Positions 24,332 through 38,440 of a stretch of DNA of 64,000 nucleotides are shown piece after piece. Positions within the stretch are counted from its first letter, which is position 1. Each line of letters starts with the position of its first letter. The notes below the pieces were generated by a model. That model did not search any database and was not told the DNA's origin. It saw only the letters and a program-made list of their open reading frames with translations. A program made the translations under genes and the position numbers. Source of the DNA: Squalus acanthias. Taxonomy: Eukaryota. The stretch covers positions 115,632,001 to 115,696,000 of the forward strand of contig CM059432.1 of the NCBI GenBank assembly GCA_030390025.1. Reading direction: 5' to 3'.

Positions 24332-25090
24332 GGGCTGGATTTTGTCTTGGGGTCGGGTTGGGGTCGGGTCCTCCACATTTCGTGTTTCCCCCCCGACTCC
24401 AGATTAATGTGGATGAATGATGCAATTTTAACTTAATTGGGCAATTGAGTTCCAGCATGTGGGAACCCATGAACCAATTAGTGGTTTCTGCCTGAAACCC
24501 ACCTCTGATGATGTCATCATTGCTGACTGCCTGCTCTCAGAGATTGTCTGGCTGCTGGTGAGAGAGGACCTGCCTGGCTTCTGATGTGAGTGGACCTGGA
24601 TGTAAAATTGATGTGAGAGAGAGAGAGAATTTTTTTTCCATCCAAGTCCTCTCGCAGCAAAGGCTAGGCAGTCTCTGAAGACATTCAATGGAGCAGCATC
24701 AGAGGCAACTTTCAGGCCTAATACTACTACTACCTTCATCACATCTCCGTTCTAATAGTGGACCTGCAGCTCATAGTCAGCTATCCACTTGTGCTCCCGC
24801 CAGGTTTCACTGGAGTGTTTCACACCAGGCGTACTTCACATCAGAAAAGGGTTAAACTAGCTACAACGATTCAAAATCGCATTACAGACCCAATTTAGGG
24901 CTTGTTAAGGGCTGTAATGGCCTCTCCCGCCTCTTGGAGGCGGGATGGAGTCGGGAACCCCGCGACTGATTTTGTCAAAATTGCGTGGAGGTGGGATGGA
25001 GTCGGGATAGGGTCGGAAACCCCGACCCCGCAAATTTAACCCCCCACACGCCTCCAAACCCGACTCCATGGGTCATTCAAAATCCAGCCC
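24332..25090. mobile_element. MITE with perfect 13-bp TIRs, TSD AGT
   Basis: gggctggattttg / caaaatccagccc with AGT on both sides. Confidence 0.8.
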
Positions 25091-25174
25091 AGTGACTTCC
25101 ATCCCTAAATATTTGATCTCCACTCCCAAGAACCAAGGCACCACTTCAGGATTGTAGCTCACAGAATTTACCGT

Positions 25175-25742
25175 CTTCAGAGTGAGATTGCTACTAAGAT
25201 TGAGACCATCCGTTCAGCTGCCTCTGCCGTTTCCCTCTCCCTAGGCCACCAAGCCAAACTTCCACTAAGGTTCCCCCCTGCCCTAACCCTGAACTTGCAT
25301 CTTTATCTAGTTTCTCTCCTATCTCCCTCATGCCCTCTCTAAGCTCATCTTGTCCATGAGACCCAGCTCTTGTTCGCTTGACCCTATTCCCAACAAGGTG
25401 CTGACCACCCAACTTCCCTTCCCGGCCCCCATGTTAGCAGATATTGTAAACGGTTCTCTCTCCTCAGGTACTGTCCCTCACCCTTCAAATCTGCCGTCAT
25501 CACCCCTCTCCTCAAAAAAACAACCCTTGATCCCTCTGTCCATGCAAACTACTGCTCCATCTCCAACCTCCCTTTACACTCCAAAGTCTTTGAATGTATT
25601 GTCGCCTCCCAAATCGGTGCCGATCTTTTCCGCAACTCCATGTTTGAATCCCTCCAATCAGGTCTCCGCCCCGCCACAGCACTTATCAAAGTCACAAATG
25701 ACATCCTATGTGATTGACTGTGGTAAACTATCCCTCCTCATC
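25175..25742 (+). mobile_element. L2-type LINE RT fragment
   Basis: SCSLDPIP..LADIVNGSLSSGTVP; decayed. Confidence 0.65.
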
Positions 25743-25811
25743 AATGTTCCCGTTAAGCTGTGCTGCCGCGCAGTGCTCTGGGAGTCCCGCATTTTTAATG
25801 AATTTCTTATA

Positions 25812-26089
25812 AAGAAGAAAGAAAGACTTGCATTTATATAGCGCCTTTCATGACCACCGGACGTCTCAAAGCGCTTTACAGTCAATGAAATACTTTTTGA
25901 AGTGTAGTTACTGTTGTAATGTGGGACTCGCGGCAGCCAATTTGCGCACAGCAAGCTCCCACTAATAGCAATGTGATAATGACCAGATAATCTGTTTTTG
26001 TTATGTTGGTTGAGGGATAAATATTGGCCAGGACACCGGGGATAACTCCCCTACTCTTCTTCGAAATAGTGCCATGGGATCTTTTATGT
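25812..26089 (-). mobile_element. Deu-SINE 3' fragment
   Basis: Reverse complement of the 3' half of 37977-38440; near-identical to 45936-46210. Confidence 0.75.
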
Positions 26090-29000
26090 CCTGCAACAAG
26101 AATTTAGGGAGCTAGGTAGCAGATTAAAAAGCAGGACCTCAAAGGTTGTAATCTCTGGATTACTCCCGATGCCATGTGCTAGTGAGTATAGGAATAGGAG
26201 GATAGAGCAGATGAATGCGTGGCTAAAGAGTTGGTGCAGGAGGGAGGGCTTTAGTTTCCTGGATCATTGGGTCTGTTTCTGGGGAAGGTGGGACCTGTAC
26301 AAGTCGGACGGGTTGCACCTGAACCGGAACGGGACCAACATCCTTGCGGGGAGGTTTGCTAGGACTGTTGGGGGGTGTTTAAACTAACTTGGCAGGGGGA
26401 TGGGATACCGAGTGGAGCTATAGTAGGGGGTGATGCACAGCCAAATATAGAGGAAAAAACAAGTCAGCCTGGAAGGCAGAGCAAATATGTAACGGCACAA
26501 GGGAGTATGGCAAGGCTGGATGACATTTATTTTAATGCAAGGAGTCTTGCGAGTAAGGCAGATGAATTGAAGGTGTTGATGAACACATGGGAGTATGATA
26601 TTGTTGCTATCACAGAGACATGGCTGAGGGAGGGGCAGGACTGGCAGCTCAATATTCCGGGGTATAGAATCTTCAGGCGAGACAGAGTGGGGTGTAAAAG
26701 AGGAGGGGGTGTCGCAATATTAATCAAGGAGTCAATTACTGCTGTAAGGAGGGATGATATCTTAGCAGGTTCCTCTAATGAGGCCATATGGGCAGAACTT
26801 AAAAACAAAAAGGGGGCAAGCACTTTGCTGGGAGTGTACTATAGGCCCCCAAACAGTCAGGGGGAGATAGAGGAACAGATATGTAGGCAAATCTCAGAGA
26901 AGTGTAGAAATAATAGGGTAATAATAGTCGGGGATTTCAACTTCCCCAATATTAACTGGAATAGTCAGAGTGTGAAAGGCTTAGAGGGTGCGGAATTCTT
27001 AAAGTGCATCCAGGAGAGCTTTTTGAGCCAGCATGTAGAAAGTCCTACAAGAGAGGGGGCGGTACTGGACCTAATTCTAGGGAATGTAGCCGGGCAAGTG
27101 GTAGAAGTGACAGTAGGAGAGCATTTTGGTGACAGTGACCATAATTCGGTGAGATTTAAGGTAGTCATGGAAAAGGACAAAGATGGACCGGAAATAAAGG
27201 TTCTAAATTGGGGGAAGGCCGATTTTAATATGATAAGGCAGGATCTGGCCAAAGTGGACTGGGATCAGCTACTTGTAGGAAAATTCACATCAGAGCAGTG
27301 GGAGTCTTTCAGAAAGGAAATAGAGAGAGTACAACGCCAACATGTTCCCGTAAAGGTCAAGGGTGGGACCAACAAGCCCAGGGAACCCTGGATGTCATGG
27401 GATATTCGATAATGGATTAGGAAAAAAAGGGAGGCTTTTGGCAGATACAAAGGACTAAAAACAGTGGAAGCCCTAGAGGAGTATAGAAAGTGCAGGGGGG
27501 TACTTAAAAAAGAAATTAGGAGAGCAAAGAGGGGGCATGAAAAACCATTGGCAGGCAAAATAAAGGAAAATCCCAAGGTGTTTTATAAGTATATTAAGGG
27601 CAAGAGGATAACCAGGGAAAGAGTAGGGCCCATTAGGGACCAAAGTGGCAATCTGTGTGTAGAGCCAGAAGATGTAGGTGGGGTTTTAAATGAATATTTT
27701 GCATCTGTGTTCACTATGGAGAAGGACGATATAGGCATAGAAATCAGGCAGGGAGATTGTGATATACTTGAACAAATTAGTATTGAGAGGGAGGAGGTAC
27801 TAGCGGTTTTAGCGGGCTTAAAAGTGGATAAATCCCCAGGCCCAGACGAGATGTATCCCAGGCTACTGTGTGAGGCAAGGGAGGAGATTGCAGGGGCTCT
27901 GACACAAATTTTCAGAACCTCTCTGGCCACAGGGGAGGTGCCAGAGGACTGGAGAATAGCTAACGTAGTACCATTATTCAAGAAGGGTAGTAGGGATAAA
28001 CCAGGGAATTACAGGCCAGTGAGCCTAACATCAGTGGTAGGGAAATTATTGGAAAAAATTCTGAGGGACAGAATTAGTCTCCACTTGGAGAGGCAAGGAT
28101 TAATCAAGGATAGTCAGCATGGCTTTGTCAGGGGGAGATCATGTCTGACCAATTTGATTGAATTTTTCGAGGGGGTGACTAGGTGTGTGGATGAGGGTAG
28201 TGCAGTTGATGTGGTCTACATGGACTTCAGTAAGGCTTTTGACAAAGTCCCACATGGGAGACTGGTCAAGAAGGCAAGAGCCCATGGGATCCAGGGCAAC
28301 TTGGCACATTGGATCCAAAATTGGCTTAGTGGCAGGAGGCAGAGGGTGATGGTCGAAGGTTGTTTTTGTGACTGGAAGCCTGTGTCCAGTGGTGTACCAC
28401 AGGGATCGGTGCTGGGTCCTTTGCTGTTTGTAGTGTACATTAATGATTTAGATATGAATGTAGGAGGTATGATCAGTAAGTTCGCAGATGACACGAAAAT
28501 TGGTGGGGTGGTAAATAGCGAGGAGGGAAGCCTTAGGCTACAGGACAACATAGATGGGCAGAACAGTGGCAAATGGAATTTAACCCTGAAAAGTGTGAGG
28601 TGATGCATTTTGGGAGGACTAACAAGGCAAGGGAATACACAATGAATGGTAGGACCCAAGGAAGGACAGAAGATCAGAGGGACCTTGGTGTGCATGTACA
28701 TAAACCCCTGAAGGCAGCAGGACAGGTAGATAAGGTGGTTAAAAAGGCATATGGGATACTTGCCTTCATTAGCCGAGGCATAGAATATGAGAGCAGGGAG
28801 TTTATGATTGAGCTGTACAAAACGCTAGTTAAGCCACAGTTGGAATAATGGGCCAGAAATTCGGCTGTTGTCGGGTGAGTACGCGCTGTGTACTCACCCG
28901 TAAGGCCATCTGAAGTGTCGGTTATCTGCATGCACTGTGCATGCGCGGGATACCGGAACTTCCGTTCCCCTGAAGGGAGGGGTTCAGATGTCGAACGCGT

Positions 29001-29970
29001 GCGCGGGAAAGGCTGCGCGCACGCAGCGAACTTCGTTTTTTTTTTCAGGTTTCTCCGGGAAGGTAAGTATGGAGAAGCTGCACTTTTAAAAAGCAGGCGC
29101 AAGGCCTGTTTTTAACAAGGTAAGTGGTTAATTAATTACAATTTAAACATTTTTTCAACAGGTTTATCTTTTTTAGATACTTTAAAGAAAGGTAAGTTTA
29201 TTTTTAGCACCGTTAAAAAGTATAATTAATTTTTTTTTAATTTTCAAAAATTTATTTAACTTAGTTATTTTAAAAATGTGATTTTTTTTTCAATTTATTT
29301 GAAGTTTAAGTGTGGTTTTGGGGCCGATCTCTATTCATAGATTTGACAGGTCTTCCTGTCAAATCTATGAATGAAAATGCCCTGCTAGGATTGGCTCTCC
29401 ATGGCCCATGTGATCCCAGGGGACGCTTCAAACTAACTGCGCCCCTGGGATACGCAAGCACTGCCTGCCGGCAGCTGGAGGAGGCCCAGGACCCGAAGTC
29501 CTCGTGGGCCCAAAGCACAGCTGCAGGCGCGGTAGGCAAGTACGCGCGCGATGCTTGTACCCGCAGGAAGCTGGAAAGCCGAATTTCTGGCCCACTGTGT
29601 GCAGTTCTGGTCCCCATACTATAGGAAGGATGTGATTGCATTGGAGAGGGAGCAGAGGAGATTCACCAGGATGTTACCTGGGCTGCAGCGCTTCAGCTAT
29701 GAAGAGACATTGGACAGGCTGGGGTTGTTTTCCTTAGAGCAGAGAAGGCTGAGAGGGGACCTGATTGAGGTGTACAAAATTATGAGGGGCATAGATAGGG
29801 TAGATAGAAAGAAACTTTTCCCCTTAGTAGAGGGGTCAATAACCAGGGGGCATAGTTTCAAGATAAGGGGCAGGAGGTTTAGAGGGGATTTGAGGAAAAA
29901 CTTTTTCACCCAGAGGGTGGTTGGAATCTGGAACTCACTGCCTGAAAGGGTGGTAGAGGCAGGAACCCTC
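26090..29970 (+). mobile_element. CR1 LINE (ORF1 esterase end, ORF2 APE-RT), interrupted by a MITE
   Basis: ORFs 26375-27412 (APE) and 27464-28603 (RT); resumes after 29593. Confidence 0.92.
28850..29593 (+). mobile_element. Structured MITE with perfect 16-bp TIRs
   Basis: gggccagaaattcggc / gccgaatttctggccc; flanks AAT/ACT within the CR1 LEYCVQFW region. Confidence 0.85.
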
Positions 29971-31892
29971 AGCATTCTGCACCAATTCTCTACCACTGAA
30001 CGACTTTACATTGTATTTACAGCACAGAAACAGGCCAGTTGGCCCAACAGGTCCATGCCGGCGTTTATGCTCCACACGACCCTCCTCCCACCCTTCTTCA
30101 TCTCACTCCATCAACGTATCCTTCTATTCCTTTCTCCCTCATGTGTTCATCTAGCTTCCCCTTAAATGCATCTATGCAAGTCACCTCAACTACTCCCTGT
30201 GGTAGCGAGTTCCACATGCTAACCACCTGATGTAAGGGAGAATATTTGGGGGATCAATGTACCTATATGTTAAATTGAAATTATCTCATGAATAGCTTTG
30301 TATCAGCCTCCATTTTTATTAATGCTTAAAAAAGAATTTTAAAGGGTATGGGGAATGAGCCGGAGAGTGGCATTAGACTCGATGGCTCATGTGGAGACAA
30401 ACACCAGTGCAGAATTGATGGGCCAAATGGCCTCTTCCTGTGCTGCAGCATTCTATGATTCTATCGGGGTCAAGGAGCTCTGAAGGCAGTTTTTTTCTCA
30501 TGACCCACTACAGAGGTTGAACACTATGAAGTGTTTCTGTGGATCCAGGTACCAGTGTTACAGTAGTTGAATCCTTAGTGGAACTTGACAATTGGGTAAA
30601 TGTCTCCAGGGACCAAGCCCAAATGAGCCAATTCTTTTCGACACAGATATGTGAATATCAGCCCCAGACACTTGCTGAAATTCTCACCTAAAGGGCAAGA
30701 CTGTCGTACCTCATAATAATCACATTTTGGTAATATCTGAGAATGTTATGGGGGCACTTATGAAGGCTATTTGGAATTATTGTATGCAAGAGATAAAACA
30801 CTGTGCCTTAAATGGTACAGGTGTATCCATGGATATTGTTAATGAATTTCCAGTACTGTCCAGGCAAGTTAACCCTGAAAAACATAACTTTTTGTCAACA
30901 TCCCTTCAAGTGATGTGGATAGCTTTAATATACTGTGACATCTGTGACTTTTTCTCACACTGAGTCTGAAGCCTCTGGCCATAAGTCAAGTATTTTGGCT
31001 TCTAAGAAAACGTTAGCATCAACAATGCTCTGCTTTTCTCCAGACTTCAGTGCTAAATGTCAGCTTTGAAACCCTGCAGGCTCACAAGATGTAATACTTT
31101 CCTCGAGGTGCACTCACTTGCTGGAGACATTCATATTGAGGCTGCTACAAATCTTGAACCGGGTGCTGAGCCTTCATTGCACTTGTGCTTCATGTTGGAT
31201 TTATTAGGAGAAATTACTAGATTGACTTGACCTTTTGGTAATCTTGTATTTCTCATGCTCAGAATGCGATTCAGACGTTTTAGCCTCTAATGTTACTGAG
31301 TCTCTGTTTCTTTAACTTTCCTAAATACGTTGGTAGAATTTGCAGATTAAATCATGGGACAATTTTCCGATGAAGCTGGTGGGAATTTCAACCACCACCA
31401 GCGCATACTTGGAGAATTGCCCCCACTGTACAGACATTAAGTATGGATCTTCGCAGTAAGGATTACAATAACATACTTTTAGTTAGCATCCTTCATATAG
31501 AAGAATGTCTCAAAATGTTTTAGAAGGAAGAAGAGGAAAATGCTGAACAAAAAAAATTAGAGGAGAGGTAGACTGGAGACACCATTGAAGATATAGGAAT
31601 GGGTTTTAAGGAGGCTTTTGAAGAAAGCGAAAGAGGTAGTAAGATGGAGTTGCCGAAGGATTGACCTCTTATGGTGAAGTGGAGGAAGCCGGAAATGAAG
31701 TCGGACTAGAGTGTGGGCTTAGACACATAGCTGGAGAAGATCATTGACATGACGTAAAGGGCGGCTGTGGTGGGATTTGAAAACTAAGAAAAGGACCTTG
31801 AAATTTATAGGCTTGAGAATGGAAAACCAGTGGAGTGCAGCAAAGATAGAGGTGATGAACATACAAACTCTGCAAGAGAAGACCAAGATATA

Positions 31893-32370
31893 GGAAGCAA
31901 AATTGGGTTTCGCCCCCTTTGGGGTGCTAACTTCGCCAGGGTGCTCCTTTTAGTGCCCTGAAAAAGTTAGCGCCCCTGCGTCCGAAATTCACTGGTAGCG
32001 CACCAAGAGGGAGGCGGGGCGCTACTGGAAGGGCCCCGCCTCCCTCTTGGGGCGCTGTGAGTGAATATCACGGCGCTATGTGCCGCAGTACTGCAGGCCT
32101 TCCTCCCCTTATTAAAGGGGAGGGGCCTAGTGCAGCACGACCCGGGGCCCAGCTGGGCCACCAGGATTGGAGTGCTGGCAAAAGAGCCCGGCACTCAAGA
32201 GAAGTGCCGGGCTCACAGAAGGCAGTCGGCACCCTGTGGGGCGGCTGCACAGGAGGCCGGGGACAGCAACGCCGGAGGTGCAGCGCCGCAGGGCGCTAAA
32301 GGTTACCACCGCTGCTAACCTCACTCTTAGGGCGCTAATGGGAGGCGCAAATCAACTGAATTTTTCCCCC
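31893..32370. mobile_element. GC-rich MITE, TSD ATA, inside a decayed L2-like element
   Basis: Ends ggaagcaaaatt / aatttttccccc with ATA on both sides. Confidence 0.6.
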
Positions 32371-32679
32371 ATAGAGTTTTGGATTAACTGATGTCTATGA
32401 AGGGTGGAGGAGGGAGGTCTGGTTAAAGGTGGCATTTGAAAATTCAACCCTTAAGATGATGAAGGTATGAATTAGGTTTTTGGCAGAGGAATGGGGAAAT
32501 TAAATGCAGAAGCAAGAAAGCTGTGGAGGTGGTAAAAATGCAGCAGAGATAAGTGACTAGATCTGAGGTAAAAAGGACAGCAGATCATCAAGGCTGCACA
32601 CCACCTAGTTCATTAGGAGTTTCTTATCCATGGTACAAAACAAATGAAGAATGTATTTGTAACAATAAGTGAGTCATAA

Positions 32680-35095
32680 GAAAATAAGAGTCTGAATGGG
32701 GTAGAGGAACAGAGGAATCTGGGGGTACAGATGCACAAATCACTAAAAGTAGTGACACAGGTTAATAAGGCCATATAAAAAGCAAACTAAGCACTGGGGT
32801 TCATTTCTAGAGAATAGAATTGAAAAGCAGCGAAATTATATTAAACTTGTATAGAACTTTGATTAGACCGCACTTGGAGTACGGTGGACAGTTCTGGTCA
32901 CCATATTATAAAAATATAGAGGTACTGGAGAAGGTACCAAAAAGATTTACAGGGATGATACCAGAACTGAGAGGTTATACCTATCAGAAACATAGAAACA
33001 TAGAAGATAGGAGCAGGAGTAGGCCATTCGGCCCCTCGAGCCTGCTCCGCCATTCGATGAGATCATGGCTGATCATCCAAACTCAGTACCCTGTACCTGC
33101 CTTCTCCCCATATCCCTTGATACCTTTAGCTTTAAGAAATATATCTAACTCATTCTTGAATATATTTAATGACTTGGCCTCAACTACCTTCTGTGGTAGA
33201 GAATTCCACAGGTTCACCACTCTCTGGGTGAAGAAATTCCTCCTCATTTCTGTCCTAAATGGCTTACCCCTTATCCTTAGATTATGACCCCTGGTTCTGG
33301 ACTCACCGACAATCGGGAACATTCTTCCTGCATCTAGTTTGTCCAGACCTGTCAGAATTTTATATGTTTCGATGAGATCCCCTCTCATTCTTCTATACTC
33401 CAGCGAGTATAAGCCCAATCGACCCAATCTCTCCTCATATGTCATTCCTGCCATCCCAGGTATCAGCCTTGTGAATCTTCATTGAACTCCCTCCATGGCA
33501 AGAACATCCTTCCTCAGATAAGGCGACCAAAACTGCACACAATACTCAAGGTGTGGTCTCACCAAGGCCCTGTACAACTGCAGCAGGACATCCCTGTTCC
33601 TATACTCGAACCCTTTCGCTATGAAGGCCAACATACCATTTGCCTTCTTCACCACCTGCTGCACCTGCATGCTTACCTTCAGCGACTGGTGCACAAGGAC
33701 ACCCAGGTCTCGTTGCACTTCCCCTTCTCCCAATCTATTACCATTCAGATAATAATCTGCCTTTCTGTTTTTGACACCAAAGTGGATAACCTCGCATTTA
33801 TCCACATTATATTGCATCTGCCACGCTTCTGCCCACTCACCTAACCTGTCCAAATCATCCTGGAGTTTCTCGGTATCCTCCTCGCAGCACACACTCCCAC
33901 CCAGTTTTGTGTCATCTGCAAACTTGGAGATATTACATTTAGTTCCCTTATCTAGATCATTAATGTATATTGTGAATAGCTGGGGTCCAAGGACCGATCC
34001 CTGCAGTACCCCACTAGTCACTGCTTGCCACTCGGAAAAAGACCCATTAATTCCTACTCTTTGCTTTCTGTCCGCCAACCAGTTCTCTATCCAAGTCAAT
34101 ACCTTGCCCCCAATCCCATGTGCCTTAACTTTACACGTTAATCTCTTATGCGGGACCTTATCGAAAGCCTTTTGAAAGTCCAAATACACCACATCTACTG
34201 GTTCTCCCTTATCTATTTTCCCAGTTACATCCTCAAAAAATTCCAGTAGATTAGTCAAGCACGATTTACCTTTTGTAAATCCATGTTGACTTTGTCCGAT
34301 CCTGTCACTGTTTTTCAAGTGCTCAGCTATTACATCCTTTATAATGGACTCTAGCATTTTCCCCACTACCGATGTCAGGCTTAATTCCCCGCTTTCTCTC
34401 TACCACCCTTTTTGAATAGTGGGGTAACATTAGCTACCCTCCAATCCATGGGTACAGTTCCAGATTCCATCGAATGTTGGAAGATGATCAGCAATGCATC
34501 TACTATTTTAGGGCCACTTCCTTAAGTACCCTAGGATGTAGATTATCAGGCCCTGGGGATTTATCGGCCTTCAATCCCATCAATTTCCCTAACACCATTT
34601 CCCTGCAAATACTGATTTCTTTCAGTTCCTCCCTTTCATCAGACCGTATGTTCTTCAACATCTCTGGGAAAGATTAAACAGGCTGGGGCTCTTTTCTCTA
34701 GAAAAGAGAAGACTGAGGGATGACCTGATCGAGGTCTTTAAGATTATGAAAGGGTTTGATAGGGTAAACGTAGAGAAGATGTTTCCACTTGCAGGGGAGA
34801 CAAGAACTAGGGGCCATAAATATAAGATAGTCACTAATAAATCCAATAGGGAATTCAGGAGAAAATTCTTTACCCAGAGAGTGGATAGAATGTGGAACTC
34901 ACTATCACGGGGAGTGGTTGAGGTGAATAGCAGATGCATTTAAGGGGAAGCAAGATTAACACATTAGGGAGAAAGGAATAGAAGGATATGTTGATGGGGT
35001 GAGTTGAAGAAGGGTGGGAGGAGGCTCATGTGGGGCATAAACACCGACATGGACCTGTTGGGCCGAATGGCTTGTTTCTGTGCTGTAAGTGCTAT
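32680..35095 (+). mobile_element. CR1 3' fragment, interrupted by an antisense CR1
   Basis: RPHLEY..ELRGYTYQ, resuming near 34668 with RLNRLGLFSL. Confidence 0.8.
32987..34655 (-). mobile_element. CR1 RT and 3' end, nested
   Basis: ORFs 33479-34366 and 33083-33454; same subfamily as 2768-3695. Confidence 0.9.
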
Positions 35096-35564
35096 GGAAT
35101 ACTTGTCTTTTCATTCTATTTATGTAGGATCTAGTTTTAGCCACAAGGTGGCATAGTGCTAGCAACAGAAAGAACCTCTGCCCATCTGTACCTGGAGATG
35201 GCAGATTGATGTTCATCTTAATTATTTTACTGAATTTCTTTCTATAAAAGCCTAGATACAATTTTGACTGGATTTATTTTATGGAATAATGCACTTGTCC
35301 CATCAAAGGAAATGAAAAGCATGGAGGAATAAAACCTTGATGAATCCTTCCCCTCATTAGTATAATTAACTCACAAGCCAGAGTACTAAATTCAATTGTC
35401 ACATTCCAACCATGCAAAACTGCATGGTTTAATTTTGATCTCCCTTTAACAAGCACTTTTTTTGGAGGCTAACTTTAGCAGACATGTTTTTGCAAGAGGC
35501 AAGACTTTGAGTAACAGTTAAAACAATGGAAATCTTACTATCAGTCTTAATCTTAAAATCATGG

Positions 35565-37110
35565 ATTCAAGCAGCACAGAAGGAGGCCATTCAGCCCATC
35601 GTGCCTGTGCCAGCTCTTTGAAAGAGCTCTCCAATTAGTTCCATTCCCCTGCTCTATCCGCATAGTCCAGCAAATGTTTCTTTTTCAAGTATTTATCCAA
35701 TTCCCTTTGAAAGTTACTATTGAATCTGCTTCCACCGTCCTTTCAAGCAGTGCATTCCAGACCATAACAACTCACTGCATAAAAAAAAATCTTCTCATCT
35801 CCCCTCTGGTTCTTTTGCCAATTACTTTAAATCTGTGTCCTACAGTTACTGACTAGTTTCCCGCTAGTGGAAACAGTTTCTCCATTTCTACTCTATCAAA
35901 GCCCGTCATAATTTTGAACACTTCTATTAAATCTTCATTAACCTTCTCTGCTCTAATGAGAACAATCTCAGCTTAGTCATAGAGATATAGAGTCATAATG
36001 GCACAGGAGGCCGCCATTCGGCCCATTGAGTCCCTGCCGGCTCTCTGTAGAGCAATCCAGTCAGTCCCATTCCCCCGCTCTATCCCCGTAGCCCTGCAAG
36101 TTTATTTCCCTCAAGTGCCTATCCAGTCTCCCCTTGAAAACATTGAGTGTCTCTGCTTCCACCACTTCCGTCGTCAACGAATTCCAGGTCCTCACCACTC
36201 GCTGCGTAAAAAAGTTTTTCCTCACGTCCCCCCTGTATCTCTTGCCCAAAACCTTAAATCTGTGTCCCCTAGTCCTTGTACCATCAACTAGTGGGAACAG
36301 CCTTTCCCCGTCTAGCCTATTCAAACCCGTCATAATGTTGTACACCTCTATCAAATCACCCCTCAACCACCTTTGCTCTAATGAAAACAAATCCAGCTTC
36401 TCCAACCTGTCCTTGAAGCTAAGATCCCCCATCCCCAGAACCATTCTGGTAAATCTCCTCTGCACCCTCTCAAGTACCTTCACATCCTTCCTAAAATGTG
36501 GTGACCAGAACTGGATGCAATACTCCAGTTGTGGCCTAACCAGCACTTTATAAAGGTTCAGCATAACTTCTCTACTTTTGTACTCAATACCTCTATTTAT
36601 GAAGCCTAAGATCCCATATGCTTTGCTAACCATTCTCTCAATATGTCCCGCCACCTTCAGGGACCTATGCACATTAACTCCCAGGTCCCTCTGTCCCTGT
36701 ACACTCTTTAAAACTGTGCCATTAAGTGTTTATTGCCTCTCCCTGTTCCTTCTGCCAAAATGCATCACCACACACTTCTCTGTATTAAATTCCATCTGCC
36801 ACTTGTCTGCCTATTCTGCTAGCCTTTCTATGTCCTGTTGCAGTCAATTGGTATCATCCTCACTGTTTGCCACACCCCTAAGTTTGGTGTCATCAGCAAA
36901 TTTAGAAATTCTACTCTGTATTCCAATATCCAGGTCATTTAAATATATCAAAAAAAGCTTCTCTAGTCTCTCCACATAACAGAAGTTCCTCAACCCTGGT
37001 ACCATTCTAGTAAATCTCCTTTGCGCCTTCTCCAAGATCTTGACATCCTTCCTAAAGTGTGGTGCCCAGAATTGGACACAATACTCCAGCTGGGGCCTAA
37101 CCAGTGATTT
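35565..37110 (-). mobile_element. Two nested CR1 3' fragments (inner copy about 35976-36957)
   Basis: ORF 36061-36672 is a CR1 RT C-terminus; the flanks are an older CR1. Confidence 0.8.
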
Positions 37111-37976
37111 AAAATTAATGATAGAGAGAAATATACTGTTATAATAAGAGTTACAAAAGTCAAGAACATCACAAAGGGGGACCTTTTAAAATACAAAACA
37201 AAGGGAAAAAGCTCAAATGAAAAGAATAGCGATGCTAAATAATTATTAGAAATTACGAGTGAATCAAGCAGATAAAATATTGTGAGTGAAATCAGAAAGG
37301 AAGCATAGAGAAAGAAAAAGCAAAATGCATATTAAAGCAGGAATAGAAAAGTTTAGACTTATGTTCCAAATAGAAAAGGGAGGAAGTTGGCCACTTGCTT
37401 CTTTTACGAATTATCTGGATCAGTAGCTGAAGTTGGGACATACAGATTTCAATCTATACTGAGACTACACCAGGTCAGTAAAACTAAATTTTGACTATTG
37501 ATTGGAAATTTTAAATACTTGTTAAGAAGCATGATTGCAGGAAAGATCCAAAGTGGTGTGTGTGTGGTACAACAAGTAAGCAGTGGTGTAGTACTACACT
37601 CCAGCAGTTGAAATCCGTGAATGGCTTCAAAATAACTGAGCATGAAGTTAAAAAGTACTAGGAATCTAAGTAGACCCGGCGCTCAAAGTATCTGACCAAC
37701 TGCTTAGCAGCAGTCATCAAAGCCAATAGAATATTGAACTACATGGCAAAAACAGTAGAATACACGTCAGAGGAAGTCGTGATCCAACGGTACAGCGCTC
37801 TGGTCAAACCACACCTTGAGTAGAGTATGCCCAGTTTTGATTGGAGGCAGTGCAAAGAAGCGGATCTCCAATCTTAAAGGTCTCAGTTATGAGGAAAGAG
37901 CGGAGAAATTAGGGCTCTTCAAAGAAAATGTCTAAGAGGTGATCTTACAGAGGTATACAGCATTGTAAACATGATA

Positions 37977-38440
37977 GGTGTCTGCTGTGGCTCAGTGGGT
38001 AGCACTCTCGCCTCTGAGTCAGAAGATTGTGCGGTTCATAGTCCCACTCCAGGGACTTGAGCTCAGAAATCTGGGCTGACACTCCAGTGCAGTACTGAGG
38101 GGGTGCTGCACTGTCGGCGGTGCCGTCTTTCAGATGAGACCTTAAACCGAGGCCCTGTCTGCTCTCTCAGGTGGATGTAAAAAAATCCCATGGCACTATT
38201 TTGCAGAAGAGCAGGGGAGTTCTCCCTGGCCAATAGTTAGCCCTCAACCAAAAGCACTAAAATAAACCAGATCATCTAATCATTATCACATCGCTGTTAA
38301 AGGGACCTTGCAAATTGGCCGCTGTGTTTCCTACATTACAACAATGACTACACTTCAAAAGTACTTCATTGGCTGTAAAGCGCTTTGGGACGTCCTGAGG
38401 TCAGGAAAGGCGCTATATAAATGCAAGTCTTTCTTTCTTT
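37977..38440 (+). mobile_element. tRNA-headed Deu-SINE (SacSINE1-like), near full length, inside a decayed CR1
   Basis: A box tggctcagtggg, Deu-like core (cagtactgaggg..ccgtctttcagatgag..gccctgtctgc), tail ctatataaatgcaagtctttctttc. Confidence 0.75.
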
